In this document: piece after piece, positions 25,111 to 38,600 of the stretch
How positions within the stretch are numbered: the first letter of the stretch is position 1
Layout of the letters: each line of letters opens with the position of its first letter
Assembly: GCA_973895155.1 (NCBI GenBank)
Contig: OZ316891.1
Coordinates: 29,561,611 to 29,625,610, forward strand
Length of the DNA: 64,000 bases
From: Marsupella aquatica
Taxonomy: Eukaryota; Plantae; Marchantiophyta
Reading direction: 5' to 3'
The notes under the pieces: model-generated
What the model saw: the letters and a program-made list of their open reading frames with translations, nothing else
What the model was told of the DNA's origin: nothing
Database searches by the model: none
Translations under genes and position numbers: made by a program

Positions 25111-25925
25111 TTGTTTATAAACCTCATGTGTCTTTCATATGTAGTTTTAAAGAAAGAATGTCCTAGTTAGTCCCATTTTGTTAATAATTTTCTGATTATG
25201 AGCCCCCTTTGTCCATACATTTAGTTGGAGGAGCGAGGACAAAGCTTTCCAGACACTGAAAAAATAGTGGCAGAATTTTAATCGGGCCTACAAAAACAAA
25301 TAAAAGTCAAAGTTTGCTCAAGGGCATAAACCCTTGTTTGGTACTTGTTGTAAAAATTATGGTTTCTGCTTTCTTTAGGATAACACACAAAAGGAATACA
25401 CGTATCAGGTCCAAACACACAAGCTAACAACTTTAACTACATGCACACTCCCCAAACTCTTCTGCTAATTGAGCCAAAAAGTGAAGTAAATCTTAGTTGA
25501 CATGCTGAGTTGCTATTTGACTTTGCAAAGCTATTATCTGAGTATGCTGTTGGCTTTGCACCTCCAGTTGACATTTCATTAGGCCAGTCTGAGCTTCTGA
25601 TTGTCTCTCCCAATTGGACCGGGCATCTCCATGCGCTTTGGAAACACTGTCAAAAAGAGCAGTTCAAGGCAGCAGAAGGCCTGTGTTTTTGCAGATGAAA
25701 GACATGAATCTGTGGATACCAGGCTACAAGAAGCTTTCCAAGGCCTTTGTCTCCATATCACAGCTAGATTTCCCTCAGCTAGATTTCCCTCCTCTAATGA
25801 CAGCACTAACTTTTCCTCAAACTTGGACAGTTTCTGCTTCCTTGCGTATAGACTGCCTTCTCTACTGTGTGCCAGAAGTCTGCCCATCCTTTGGGAGAAG
25901 GTCCCATCTATATACCCTCCATTGT

Positions 25926-26320
25926 GAGAAATTTCTTTGGTATCAGAATTTGCAATTGACTTTACTTGTGAGTAATGATAGGCATGGGGTGAAATTTGCG
26001 ATCGACTATGCTTGTGAGTAGGGGCCATTGTCCAACCTTGAGATATTTCTTTGGTAACAGAATTTGCAATTGACTATACTTGTGAGTAAGGACAGGCATG
26101 GGGTGAAATTTGTGATCAACTATACTTGTGAGTAGGGATAGACATGGGGTGCAATTTTTGATGACTACGCTTGAGAGTAGGGATAGGCATTGGGAGTCTG
26201 GGCAATAGACTATACAGGTGAGTAGGAATGGGCATGAAGAGTCTGGGATAGACTAAGCTTGAGAGTAGGGATGAGGCATGGGGGCTTGTGAATAGGGATG
26301 GGCATGGGGAGTCTGGGCAC
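25926..26320. repeat. Degenerate ~45-bp minisatellite, about 8 units
   Basis: Consensus approximately GACTATACTTGTGAGTAGGGATAGGCATGGGGTGAAATTTGTGATC, repeated with drift. Confidence 0.8.
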
Positions 26321-27817
26321 ACTGAGTTGACGTATACATTTCATTCGAAAGTTTGAGTTTTCTCAATGGCGGTAAAAAATCGTACATATATCTCATACAG
26401 AAGTTATAGTGTTGGCATTCTATTTTTTGTTTCTACCATATCCAGTAGGTAACCTCGTGAGAACTGCCACGCTCCCCCACACACCACCCCACCCACCCAA
26501 AAGCATAAATTATTTGATCATGTACACTCTAACGCGATGTCCGATTCTCAAGAAAGTACTGTGCTGTTTGTCTTGCTTTTGAACACTAGTAGGTTTGGAA
26601 ACTGATCGCAAGCACTAGAGTGCAGACCAACAAGACCAAGACCGTCCCAGCTCGTAGAAGGTATCAACGAAAAGAGACGAAGAAGAAGCCACACTAGTGA
26701 CACTAGTGTAGCAGGTCACAGATAACTATCAAAAGGAGTCTCTGTTCATTTTTTCTTAGCAAAAATCAGCATCGATACTCGTTCCACAGGGCCAAAGTTG
26801 GCGAAACCGCTCTGGTGAATTTTGGAACACACTTCCTTTGTGCTTGTCTGGTCTTCACCCTGGTGCATGTGCTCGTATCTGTCTTGCCGGTGGTTTATAA
26901 AGCTCTCAATTTTCTAACACAAGAAAGTTGGGCGAAACTTTCCAGGAATGGTCAGGGGACAGTCTCGGAACTTTCAGTGCAACTCGTGCTTGGACGGTAG
27001 CCAAAAGTCTCTTGTAGGATACCATAGCAGACCAAAGGAGAGAGTAGGGCCATATGTCTTTTCGGCTTGTTGGTGGGTCTGGACAGGTCATGAGTCCTAG
27101 CAGAGCACCTCGAGTGCAAACGAGGTACAGTATCCAATGGGCGAAGTGTGGGTCACAGCCAATGGGAAATTCCTATGGATGATTCTCATGTGGTGGCCCA
27201 AGCCCTTGGCGGCAGCCATCAGCCTTTTCATGGGCTTCTGCGCCCCCCTTTCTTGAAAACAAACAAAAAAACAGCCACTTACAATTGTCCATGCTTGAGT
27301 GCTGGGTGCAACATTAACCTGCCAAATTCCAATTCCTGGGAGGACCATAGTCTCATCTTATTCGTTGAGGACTGTAGCAACAGTCCACGAGGATACCATA
27401 GCAGACCAGAGGCGAGAGTACCAGACCAGAGGCGAGAGTACCAGACCATCAACGTACCACCGTATCTGCTACGCTCTGTCTCTGCACTCAGGGCTGGCTG
27501 GACCGTGTTGTTCCATGTGCCAAACATGCTGCTGCTGCTGCTGCTGTCGACGACGCAGTAGAGCAGACGATGATCATCCAGCAGCTCCAACAACGGGAAG
27601 AGAGAGAGAGACATTTTTGGCAGACTCAACAGCAGCAGCTACACCAACAATAGGCAGAGAGAGAAAGTGAGAGTGCCTTTTCAACGAAGGAAGAAACATG
27701 CTGCAGTGGACAACATAGCACAATGCAAGCAGCCAAGCAGGATACAAAAATGGGGTGAAAAAAATAAATACTTTTGATCTGTGGACAGTTTCTTGTGAAA
27801 GATGTCAATGTCTTTCA

Positions 27818-28207
27818 GCATGTCAGATGTGGACAAAATATTCTAGTACTCACCAAATATTCTACTACTCGACAAATACTCTAGTACTCGCACAATGCAG
27901 AGTGCTTGAGATTTGAATAGTGTAGCTGTACTGCGCAGTGCAGCACCGTAGTAGAGTAGAACATGATCATCCAGCAGCTCAAACAACGAGCACAAAGAGT
28001 GAGACCCGTTTTCACCATGTCCAGATGTGGACCAAATATTCTAGTACTCACCAAATATTCTAGTACTCACCAAATATTCTAGTACTCGCAGAATGCAAAG
28101 TGCTTGAGATTTTGAATAGTGTAACTGTACTGCGCAGTGCAGCACAGTAGAAGAGTAGAACATGATCATCCAGTAGCTCCAACAACGAGCACAAAGAGTG
28201 TGAGACC
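27818..28207. repeat. ~195-bp tandem duplication with internal 19-bp repeats (CAAATATTCTAGTACTCAC x3 per unit)
   Basis: 27819-28006 and 28016-28207 align nearly end to end; a partial earlier unit lies at ~27555-27600. Confidence 0.85.
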
Positions 28208-28887
28208 GATAGACATTGGCAGAGGGAGGGTGAGAGAGCCAGACTCAGCAGCAGAAGCAGCAGAAGCTACAAATTCAACACTAGGCAGAGGAGAGGGTGA
28301 GAGACAGAAGTGGCAGACTACTAGGAACAAAGGAGAAAAAAGTGAACCCTAATCACAATGCGTACCCATTCACTCTCTGGCTGTTACGCGAGCGTACTTT
28401 ACTCCTCCTTACCACTGTACACGCACGACCCATCTCCCCCAAACTCCCATAGCCGCTCCAGAAACATTCACACGCTTCTATAACACCAGTTCCCCTTACA
28501 CCGCCCTCCTCTTCGCCGCAAACAAGTCTCTCGTCAAACCTTCCACAAGTCACAAACAAGACTCACTCTAAAGTCTCTCACTCCGACTCAGTCATACCCT
28601 GTCTGCGGCTCGCAACGGCGGACTGACCACCGTCGTGAGAGCGCCCCTCTTTGACGGCGACCGTTCGAATTTCATGACCGTTGGCCGGCCGTCTGCTACG
28701 GCGGGGAATCGATGCTACGGCGGGGAGCGGAGCGGGGTTTGGTGCTACGGGAGCTTATGCGCCGAGGCCGGGAGGGCGCTTACGGTATGGGAGGAGCAGA
28801 GGAGAGCAGAGGAGGGGAGAGGAGAGGAGCAGAGGGAGAGGTGCGGAGATGGTGCTTGCATTCGGTGAAGTACCTCGACGCATTTGA

Positions 28888-28985
28888 TGAGGGAGAGAGG
28901 GAGAGAGAGAGAGAGAGAGAGCGAGAATGAGGAGGAGGAGCAGTGGGCGCAGTAGCCTGCGGGTCTGATGGAGGAGGAGGAGGAG
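28888..28985 (+). repeat. GA and GGA microsatellites in the DEK1 upstream/leader region
   Basis: (GA)n at 28901-28921; (GGA)n at 28931 and 28970. Confidence 0.7.
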
Positions 28986-29602
28986 TAAGTGGATCAGCTG
29001 ACAGTTCGATCCTCGCTACGAGGTGTTTTGAGTCTCGGAGACTCGAGACTCTCGGCACTGGGTACTGTTGAAAGTTGAATGCAAAGCTTTAGAGTGGAGG
29101 AAGACATTTATTGATTTTTGGACTGGAGTTGTGTGGTCCGAGCAATTTGAGCGAGACGAGATTGCGACGAGGAGGAGGGAGGGAGGGGCTGGACCGAACG
29201 CACGTTGGATCGACGAGGGAGTTTGTGTTTGGGGTTGGGGGGCGGGGCGGGGCGGACAGTGGAGAATATGGAAGACGCGGAACGATGCGGGCAAGGGAGT
29301 ATGATGAACTGGAAGTCAGTGGTAACGAAGGAAGGCAAAGGAGCTCCACATTTGGCGTGGAGTGGGAGGAGGCGCACGATGATGAGTAGTAGTAGACAGG
29401 TGAACGAAGCAGCAGTGTTGAACTGACAGGGTGGTTGGGCTGGGTGCCTTCCGCGGGGAAGAAAGGAGGAGGGAGGGACGGGACGGGAGGAGGAGGTTTT
29501 CAGATCCATGTCTGCGACAGAGGACGGGCTGATGGAAGAATGTGGTCGCCGTTGTAGATGTAGAGAGGGTTGAATGAAGCAGCAGGGAGGGAGTGTCATA
29601 CA

Positions 29603-32600
29603 ATGGGCGCAACCGAGTCTCATCGGAATAGCATAATCATAGCATGCGCAGTTTATGGGGCTCTATTTGCAGTGCTTAGTGCACTCTCCATTGTGGTCCT
29701 CGTTGCTGTGAATTGGCGCCCATGGAGAATCTACAGGTATGAGCCAGCTCCGTTGAAATGTTTTCCTTGCTTCTTTAAAGGTATCATCGGGGAGAGTGAG
29801 GGGAGAACGAGGGAGAGGGAGTGGGATGGCCAAGGAGAGAGGAAAGGGCTAAAGGGATACCGAGTGGGAGTGAGAGGTAGCTGCCGAGGCGCCTGTACAA
29901 CACTCTGAAGCAAAGTTTGGAACAGTGCTGGAGGTTCGGTGAGCGCGTCAGAATAGGTCTGAGGGCTTACCAATATTGGGGAGGGCAATGCAAGTGAGAA
30001 TCGGATGCATACGAGAATGCTCGTGCGTAGAAATCGCTTTTACCTTCTTCAGCAGAACGGCATGCTTATGGGAAGGATTCTGCCGTTATAAATTTGCCCA
30101 AGACTCTGTTGCCATCACCGTGTCCGGGGATAAGCTATTGTGGCGTCTTTCCTGCCGGATACTTTAGCTCATCCTGGCCTGCGTAGCTCTTCTGAGGTGG
30201 TGGATTTATCTGTCTCAGGAAATGAGATGAGCTCTTGGATCACCATAGAAAAGTCGAGGTGCTTATCAGGGAAAGGAGAATCTTGGTACAGCGTAGGCCT
30301 AGTTTCCTATCATGAAATTTGTGTTGTCCCTTCCATCTACATTTTGCAAATGGGACGGTCATCTACCTTTAAGCAGCCTCTATGTTTGGGTTCCTCTTTT
30401 CTGTCGATCACGAATACTGTACCTGGCAAAGTTGGAATAGACTAAGGGCAGGTGGGGGTCATATTGTTACAAAGCGATTGAGATATTGAAGTTCGTGATG
30501 CTGTCCGCGTCTTCCTGCTTTAGCGTCGCTGATGTCAGTCGTTTAGGTTATGAGACGGAAAGGATTAGGGGAGTTACTTGGAAGGAATGAGATTTGGGGC
30601 AGCCTGGGTTTAAAAGTTGTCAGCCTTAATGGACCCGCGATACCGAATCTGTTAAGTGAGGGTTTTCGTGGGGCTCTTCGTATTGCGGGGCGACCAGTCT
30701 CCCAACCTGGTGGAATTGTAAAATTCCCGAAAGAGGGTACATTTTAGATCTATCCTGTCAGCACCTTTTCTGAGGTAACCGTTGATGATCCAGAGGCCAG
30801 AGCTTCTAGATATTTCTCCAGGGGAGCAGGCAACTCACAGGATATAGGGCAGGTGCTATCTTGGCTAATGAAGTTAAGGATGTAGTCCAAGTCTTTTCTC
30901 TCGCAATCTGCCACGCTCGTCGACAACTTCGAGAGACTTCGCGTGATTCTGGGGGCGTGCAGGCTACGACGAGACTGATTATCAGCTATTTGTTATACGA
31001 AGTTTCAACTTCGGCAGGTGCTTCGTAGAGCTAGGTTTCAGGGTTTCGGGAAGGTTCTTACATCCTAACTATTTCTTTTTGTGTAACATTGCAGTTGGAT
31101 CTACGCCCGAAAGTGGCCTTGGTATTTGCAAGGTCCACAGCTAAACCTCGTGTCAGGATGTTTGTCTTGGGGTGCGTGGGGTGTGGTGGTCTCTCCAATT
31201 GTGATTCTTATATTATGGGGTGCGAGACTCGTTGTCCTCCTCGACCACGACACCATCGGTCTAGCAGTAATCATGGCTGGCACAGCGCTTTTGTTGGCCT
31301 TCTATGCCGTCATGTTGTGGTGGAGGACTCAATGGCAGAGCTCAAGTAAGTACCGTCGGCTGAGCTCGCTCAAGTCTGTTGCTTTTGAAAGTAACATGAA
31401 GTCCTCTCTTATGGATCGTATGTTTTGAACTGGATTGTTTCTGGAGTACAATGTCGCGGTCTTTGTGGCTGTCCAAGACACCAGCATTTCATCTTTCAGT
31501 TTTGCAAGAAACTGGATTGTCGCACAGTTCAAAGACTTAATTGATACCTGGGTTTCAGATTGTCTAGTACAAATGTTCACATCAGATTGGAGTTTTCTTC
31601 TCAACGCGCGGATCTATTTTTTTGGATGGCTTCAAAAGCTCTTATGAGCATTTTGTATCCCTTGCTTCAAGCATAGTGTGTTGAGAAGATTGACGACCGG
31701 TATCCTTCTCATCCCAATCTCGACTTTGCATCCTGCAGGGGCGGTGTTCTTCCTCCTCTTGTTTGCGGTTACACTTCTTTGTGGGTACGAAATTTCTGCA
31801 GTATATGTCAGTGCAGGGAGGAGTGCATCACGAAGATACTCGCCCTCAGCTTTCTTCTTTGGTGTCTCGGCCATAGCTTTGGGGATCAACATGCTGTTCA
31901 TTTGCAAAATGGTCTTCCATGGTGAGCATGCTGGGGAGTTTTCGAAATGTCAGCTGTTTGTCTTTGAATTACTTTAGAGGCAGCAATATTTGCACAAGTG
32001 CGTGCACATTGTGTAATGCTGGTTTAAAATTCTCTACTCATCGATTCCCTAGGCGTTTAAAATTCTCTACCCATTGATCTCATTTGTCCTCAACGGGGTT
32101 TGTTCAATTGACTGGACAGGGCTTTTGTTGTAGCTTGTTTGCGCACTGACTCCAATGTCTTCCGTGCAGGTGCCGGCCTGGATGTGGATGAGTATGTGAG
32201 GCGATCATACAAATTCGCGCATGCTGACACTATAGAAGTTGGTCCGGTAGCTTGTATGCCGGAGCCTCCTGATCCCAGGGACCCCGCCTTGCAGAAGAGA
32301 AACAGGTAGCTTAAGAAATTGTGTGCACTATTACAATTTTCTTTTTGGTTAGCCCACAGTATTTAAATGGTAGGTGCAAATAATGATTGAAACTTTGACA
32401 TTGCAAATATTGCGCAAGTGTCTGGATCTCTTACGAGGGGTTGTTTGACGACGATAGTTTTAAAAAATTGTTAAGACTCTCGGCGTAGAGATTCTGAGAA
32501 GGAGAAGGAGCCGTCGTGCATTGAGACGTTTGTAGAACCTTTCTCGTTATAATTCTGTTCTACATATAAGATTCAGGGTTGTCTTGATCGGCCATTTTTT

Positions 32601-35600
32601 GGATCTATATTTCAGCCTGGATTCAGATAGCTTCCCACCTGTTTGAAAGTATCCTGAGCACCAGTCTCATGCGTTTGCAAAACCCATGCAGAGCTTCTCG
32701 GTTTGCCCTTCTCTACGTGGGATCTGTGTTAGTCCTTCTTGGATACTCCATCCTGTACGGGCTTACTGCTGTGAAGGCACGGTGGCTTGGAGGTGTTACA
32801 TCAGCTGCTGTGTTGATTCTTGGTGAGCTCCCAGTCCCCTTATTGGTACTTATGATCTTCACGTGTACTACTCAAGCAAATATCGTGTCGGTAAATTACA
32901 GCCATGTCCTTGGTGCTGAGAGTTCTGCAGTTGTAAGAAATCTTGTCTACTGATTTGAAAGTCAGGGATGGTTGTCCCAAACATCTCATCAACCACCTTT
33001 TCTGGTTCACATGAACTATGATTAGGCTGGGGGTGTACAAGTGGGCAATAATCTATTTTGAAGTGTATTACGACGCTACAGACCAGTCATTACGTTGATC
33101 AGAAAATGGGCCCTGTGTCCATTGAAGTGACTCTACTAATCGGAGATGATCGTAGCGTGTTAGTTCTTTGATGGGCGATTTATTAACGTTCTGAAATGTT
33201 TTTGTCACTGCAGATGCAACTGTAGGGGCCTGCTTATTCGGCTTTGAACTGCTGGAGAACCGCGTGGTGGCACTAATCGTCGCAGGCATTTATCGTATAA
33301 TTCTGCTTTGCTTTGGAGTAAATTACTGGTGAGTGAGAAGTGCTTCCCATCCTGGAGTCGTGGCTGGCAGTTAGCATTGTAGCTGAATTTATTTGTAACT
33401 TGAAGGCCAGAAGACTTCGATTATTGTTCTGGGCAGAGTAATCTGTTTTAAATCGTAGATGTTGTATGTATGTCGATTGAAATCTAATGCTTGGGAAATT
33501 TCGTGTTCGCTCCAGGTATTTAGGACATTGTTTGAGTTATGCTGTCGTAGCAACAGTTCTGTCGGGGGCTGCTGTAAGTCGACATTTTGCAGTAGTGAAT
33601 CCTTCGGCTGCAAGGCGAGCTGCCTTGGAGCAGACTGTCGTTCGGTTGAGGGAAGGATTTCGGAAGAAAGGATTTGGCAGTTCTTCCAGTTTCTCTGAAG
33701 GTGTACCGTCAAGTGCAATACGCAGTGGTAGCGTTGAAGCCGCACAGGTTGGTGTGGCGTTAGAAGCCATGAGCAGGGGAACCTTGAGACAGCCTGGAGA
33801 AATGTCTTTTGGTGGGTATACAAATCAAGCATATTTTTCTGCGGCTCACCATGGGTCAATTGGAGTGATTGAAGAATGTGCCGAAGGAAGTAGCGCTGAG
33901 CCTAGCCCAATAGATTATGGTAAGACAAGTGAAGGGCTCCAGGTTATTGGAGTAATTGAGGAGAAAGATAAAGTCCCAACACCCGGGCCGCTTATTACGT
34001 CGGACTTCGATTCCGGGAGGATCTTGAGTGAGAGACATGGAATATCAGACCGGTATAGGCCATACGTCCCTGACCTCACCCATAGCCTTGAGTCGTTCTC
34101 AAGCTTTCAGGGTATGGATCAACTTGACCACCTAGCATTGATGTTTCAAGAGAGACTTAATGACCCTCGTGTTACATCTATGCTGAGGGCGGACTTTAGG
34201 CGGAGGGGTGCTGAGCAAGATCTGACTACTCTTCTTGAGGACAAAGGCCTTGATCCAAACTTTGCAGTAATGCTCAAAGAAAAGGGCTTGGACCCAACTC
34301 TTCTGGCGTTACTGCAGCGAAGCAGCCTTGATGCTGACAGGGACCGTAGAGGTAACGCAGATGCTGTGACCGGAGGGAATCCATCACAAAACAACGCTCC
34401 TGAGGAGGCCATAAGTTGGTCGGAAGAATTGAGAAGAAAGCGTTGGGAGAGATGGCTGCAAATTGGTCGGTTTGTAGTAGAGCTATTTGCTGGCACACCA
34501 GAGCGGGCCTGGGTCTTGTTTAGTGTTGTCTTTATCCAGGAGACAATTGTTGTTGCAATATTTCGACCGCGATCTGTTACAGTAATCAATTCTACACATG
34601 AACAGGTAAGCCCTGCTGCCAGCAACCTCTTCGTCCGAACTGTAGGGCTATCTCTGATTGCTGTAGATACTATTATTTATGCTCTGAATGCTTTGTGATA
34701 TTTCGTCTAGTATCTGACCGAGGATGTTTTTTTAAAGTTATCCGTTGCAGTCTTGATTGCATTTAAGTGATTCAGTGATTGAGGATATTAGTTGCTTGTG
34801 ATATGTGCAGTTTGAATTCGGCTTCTCAGCACTGCTATTGTCCCCTGTGCTCTGTTCGATCATGGCGTTCTACCGGTGTTTGAAAGCAGAGAATATGTTT
34901 CTTACTTCTCGACCCAAGAAGGTACAATATTTGAATTTATTCTGAGTACGGTGTAGTGGTCTGCAAGCTGGTTTCAAGGGATGGTCCTTTCAGCAGCCCC
35001 AGAGTAACAACGTCTGTCACGCCTGGAAGCGTTTGATTTGACTTTCCCTTTCTGCGATTCTTCTTACTGATTAGAATAGATGGTTGGTTTGTGAAAAACA
35101 TCTCTGCGAGGGAATAGCATGCCATGCGAAATGATCATTATAAAGGACTCTGATGTATCCACTGTCATGTCTCTGATGTTCTGACAAGCTGTTCGTGGTG
35201 GATTCAGTTTGGTACGATTGCCTGGCTGTTAAGTACATCAGTGGGTCTTCTTCTTGCCTTTCTAAGGTTTGGACTCCACTACGTCGCCTTTTGCCGGGGT
35301 TTTCTCTAATTGGGTAGTATTCGTTCATTATAACACCTTTATGGAGTAGTGCTGACTCATGCGAGTGGCTCAGCTATTTATAGAAAGTATGGTATATTCA
35401 CAAAAGACATGGATGTGGAACTCTCAAACAATGTTATTCATTATTGTGTCTGTGCAGCAAATCATCTATTATCCTTGGTCTTTCCCTATCCGTGCCACTC
35501 ATGGCAGCATCTCTTGCTGTGGCACTCCCTTTGTGGGTACGGAATGGATTTCGGTTTCATAAGCCTCCTGTTTTAGAGCTGCAATCTGATGGTTCGCCAT

Positions 35601-38600
35601 CCTCACAACAGAAAGGCCTCCTACAACATGGAGAGGTATTTCAGATGTACAATTGCTAAGCTGTGGAATCTGTTCATATCTGTCAGTTTAAATTGCGGAT
35701 GAATAAGTAGAATATATTACTTTGTTCCATCTGGTAAAGCTCATAACGTAAAGGAGCTCGGCACATTTTCTGTGCTGCCTTCACACAGATCCGTAGTCGG
35801 TAATAATGCTACGGTGGCATCCCTTCCTGTTTGTGTTTTTGCTCCCATATTAGGCGATGTATCAGGTGTTGTAGATTGAGACAATCTCACTAGTTTTGTC
35901 GTCACAGATATTTTCTGAAAGGACTTAGCTATATTAGCAGCACCGCCTTGATTAATCGTATTTTACTATTGCAGACAACTTTTTGGTATCACGAGACTCA
36001 AGCAATTTTCTCATGGTTGTCTGATTTGTTTTTTGCAGGACATTGTCATGACTTTGGCAATGTGCACATGCATTGGGTCCATCTTAGCCCTTGGAGTAAT
36101 CATTTGCTTAAAGCCTCTAGATGACCTGAGTTATGCTGGCTGGACAGGGCATCAGCAAAGTTCTCATGGCTCTCCATACACGTCATCTTTTTATCTGGGA
36201 TGGGCACTCTCGTCAGCCTTGCTGTTGTTGCTGACAGGAATTTTGCCGGCAGTTTCTTGGTTTGCAACATATCGATTTTCCTTATCTTCGGCCGTGTGTG
36301 TAGCAGTTTTTATAGGTAAGTTGTTGCAATGGTGGTGGTCGCATGGAATAAAATTTAAGATTTTCGCGAGTGACATCATACTCTAGTTCTAGGGAGTCAA
36401 TTGGTCTTCTAATTTCCTCGTGGCGGTTTTGGTCGCAGTTGTACTTGTAACATTCTGTGGGGGCTCTTATGTTGGCATTGTACATGCGCGAGTGGGCAAA
36501 GCACCACTCAAAGAAGATTTTCTGGCTGCGTTGTTACCACTCGTCTGCATCCCGGCAATATTTTCTTTGTGTTGTGGCCTCTATAAATGGTGAGTAGATT
36601 CTACCCTTCGAGGTCGTTGCTTTTTAACCTTTTTACTTCGTGCAAAAGTATTGCAGTACTTGTGAATTGATGTCCAGATTTTTTGCTGTTCTAGCAACTC
36701 GATTGTGTCCCAGTAATGTTTTCATGCCAAGTTTTGTTCTCGTGACCCTTCCATCACTATTGGAGTTGTGGAGATAGTTAATAGCTATCCTTACAGAAAC
36801 TGTGCTTATATGTGTGTTCCTGTGAATCTTCAGGAAGGATGAGGGTTGGTATCTATCGCGTGGAGTATATGGTTTCGTAGGTGTTGGCCTCCTGTTGCTA
36901 CTTGGAGCCATTTCAGCTGTCATAGCTACCATAAATCCTTGGATGGTGAGCTTTTGTGGTTTGATCTCAGGAGGTTATCCTAGCCTATAGCCACAAGTAT
37001 GCAGAGAAATCACTTCAGCGAACATAGACGTTAAGTTTATTCTATTGCAGTAAGTTGCTGAATGTGTTTGGGAAGTGTTTTGGAGATTCTCATAACCCTT
37101 GTCTTTGGGAATGATGTTGATGGAACAGGTGGGAGTGGCATTCCTTCTTTTCCTCCTCCTCCTTGTTCTGACAATTGGAGTTGTCCATCACTGGGCTTCA
37201 CACAACTTCTATTTGACACGGATGGAGATGGTTTTGGTGTCATTGGCTGCATTTGTACTGGCATTGGCAGCTTTCTTGGTCGGCCTCCTGGCAGGTTAGC
37301 GGAGTTTATTTTTCACCTGCAGAGGCTTTCGACAATGCAGTCTGCTGTCTCTCTGTCCTCCGGCACTTTTGATATTTTGTGTATCAGAAGCCGTCAAGTG
37401 TATGGTGACTTGGACCAATTTTTGTGTGATAAACCTGTTCGTATTTGGCCATAATATAAGATTCTGGGAAAAAGTGAAGACTGACTTGTTGCTGCACTTC
37501 GCTATTTCAGAGGAGCCTTTTGTTGGAGCTTCAGTGGGCTACTTTTCATTCTTGTTCCTGTTGGCGGGGAGGTCATTAACTGTAAGTTATCCTTCTGTTG
37601 TTATAGCCTGACGCTTATCACCTTATAAGTTGACAGCGACCAGGTCGTCTCGTGATAGCTCAATATCTCGAGATTTGCTAAAATGTGCTCATTCCCATAC
37701 AGAAATTGACTTGTTTGTTTAATCGTATCAGTTTTCATGCTTCTACTTCATCATTTCGTATGATAGGTGCTCCCTTTCGCCCCTTCCAATCTGGATTTTA
37801 TTGCGCAGGTGCTGTTATCTCCTCACGTGGTTGTATATTCTCCTCGAGTCTTACCTGTTTACGTCTACGATGCACATGCAGACTCTGCTAAGAATGTCAG
37901 GTCAGTACAACTGTGGTGCCAGTGTTGGAAATTTGCAATAAAAATTTAAATGGACGTCTATGTCACGACTTATACGCCATTGTCTGATCATTTTCGTGTC
38001 TTGTTATCGCCAGTGGAGATTTTCTCGTCCTTTATGGCATTGCTTTAGCAACAGCTGGATGGGGAGTCGTTGCCAGCTTGGAAATATATCCTCCATTTGC
38101 AGGGGCCGCAGTCTCTGCTGTCACTTTGGTAGTAGCATTTGGTTTCGCTGTCTCCCGCCCTCAAATAACTCTGAAGGTACGATTTGTGTGCCAAGCTAGA
38201 GTTTCGAATATTAGGAAGTCCTCGATTGAAACTTTTCTGGCTTTGAAGGGTTTGTCGTTTATGTATGTGACCGGGTTTTGGCCTATTCTTTCGGATGTTT
38301 GTAGACAATGGAGGATGCATTACATTTCCTGAAGAAGGAAACTATTGTTCAGGCAATTTCCCGTTCATCTACCAAGGTATGTGAATCTTGGTCGAGAATA
38401 GCATTTTCATCGTCTGTTTAATTAAATTAACTCAACTGGCGTTTTATTGAGTATTTGCTATTGCCTGAGTTGCCTTATAACCTGGTTGAGCTTCGTCTGG
38501 CAAGTTTGGCTGCGAGTACAATCTCCATAATTTTGTTACTGTGTTTTCCTCTATTGCAGACAAGAAATGCTCTTTCTGGTACTTATTCTGCTCCGCAGAG

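Noticed and set aside
25926-26320. 45-bp repeat array as a CRISPR-like array
   Set aside because: Units are contiguous and degenerate with no unique spacers, no cas genes, and a eukaryotic context; it is a minisatellite.
27836-28090. 19-bp repeats as CRISPR repeats or iterons
   Set aside because: Head-to-tail with no spacers, inside a larger tandem duplication.
28635-29623. ORFs on both strands upstream of DEK1 as separate genes
   Set aside because: They arise from GA/GGA microsatellite-rich sequence and have no protein features; treated only as possible uORFs.
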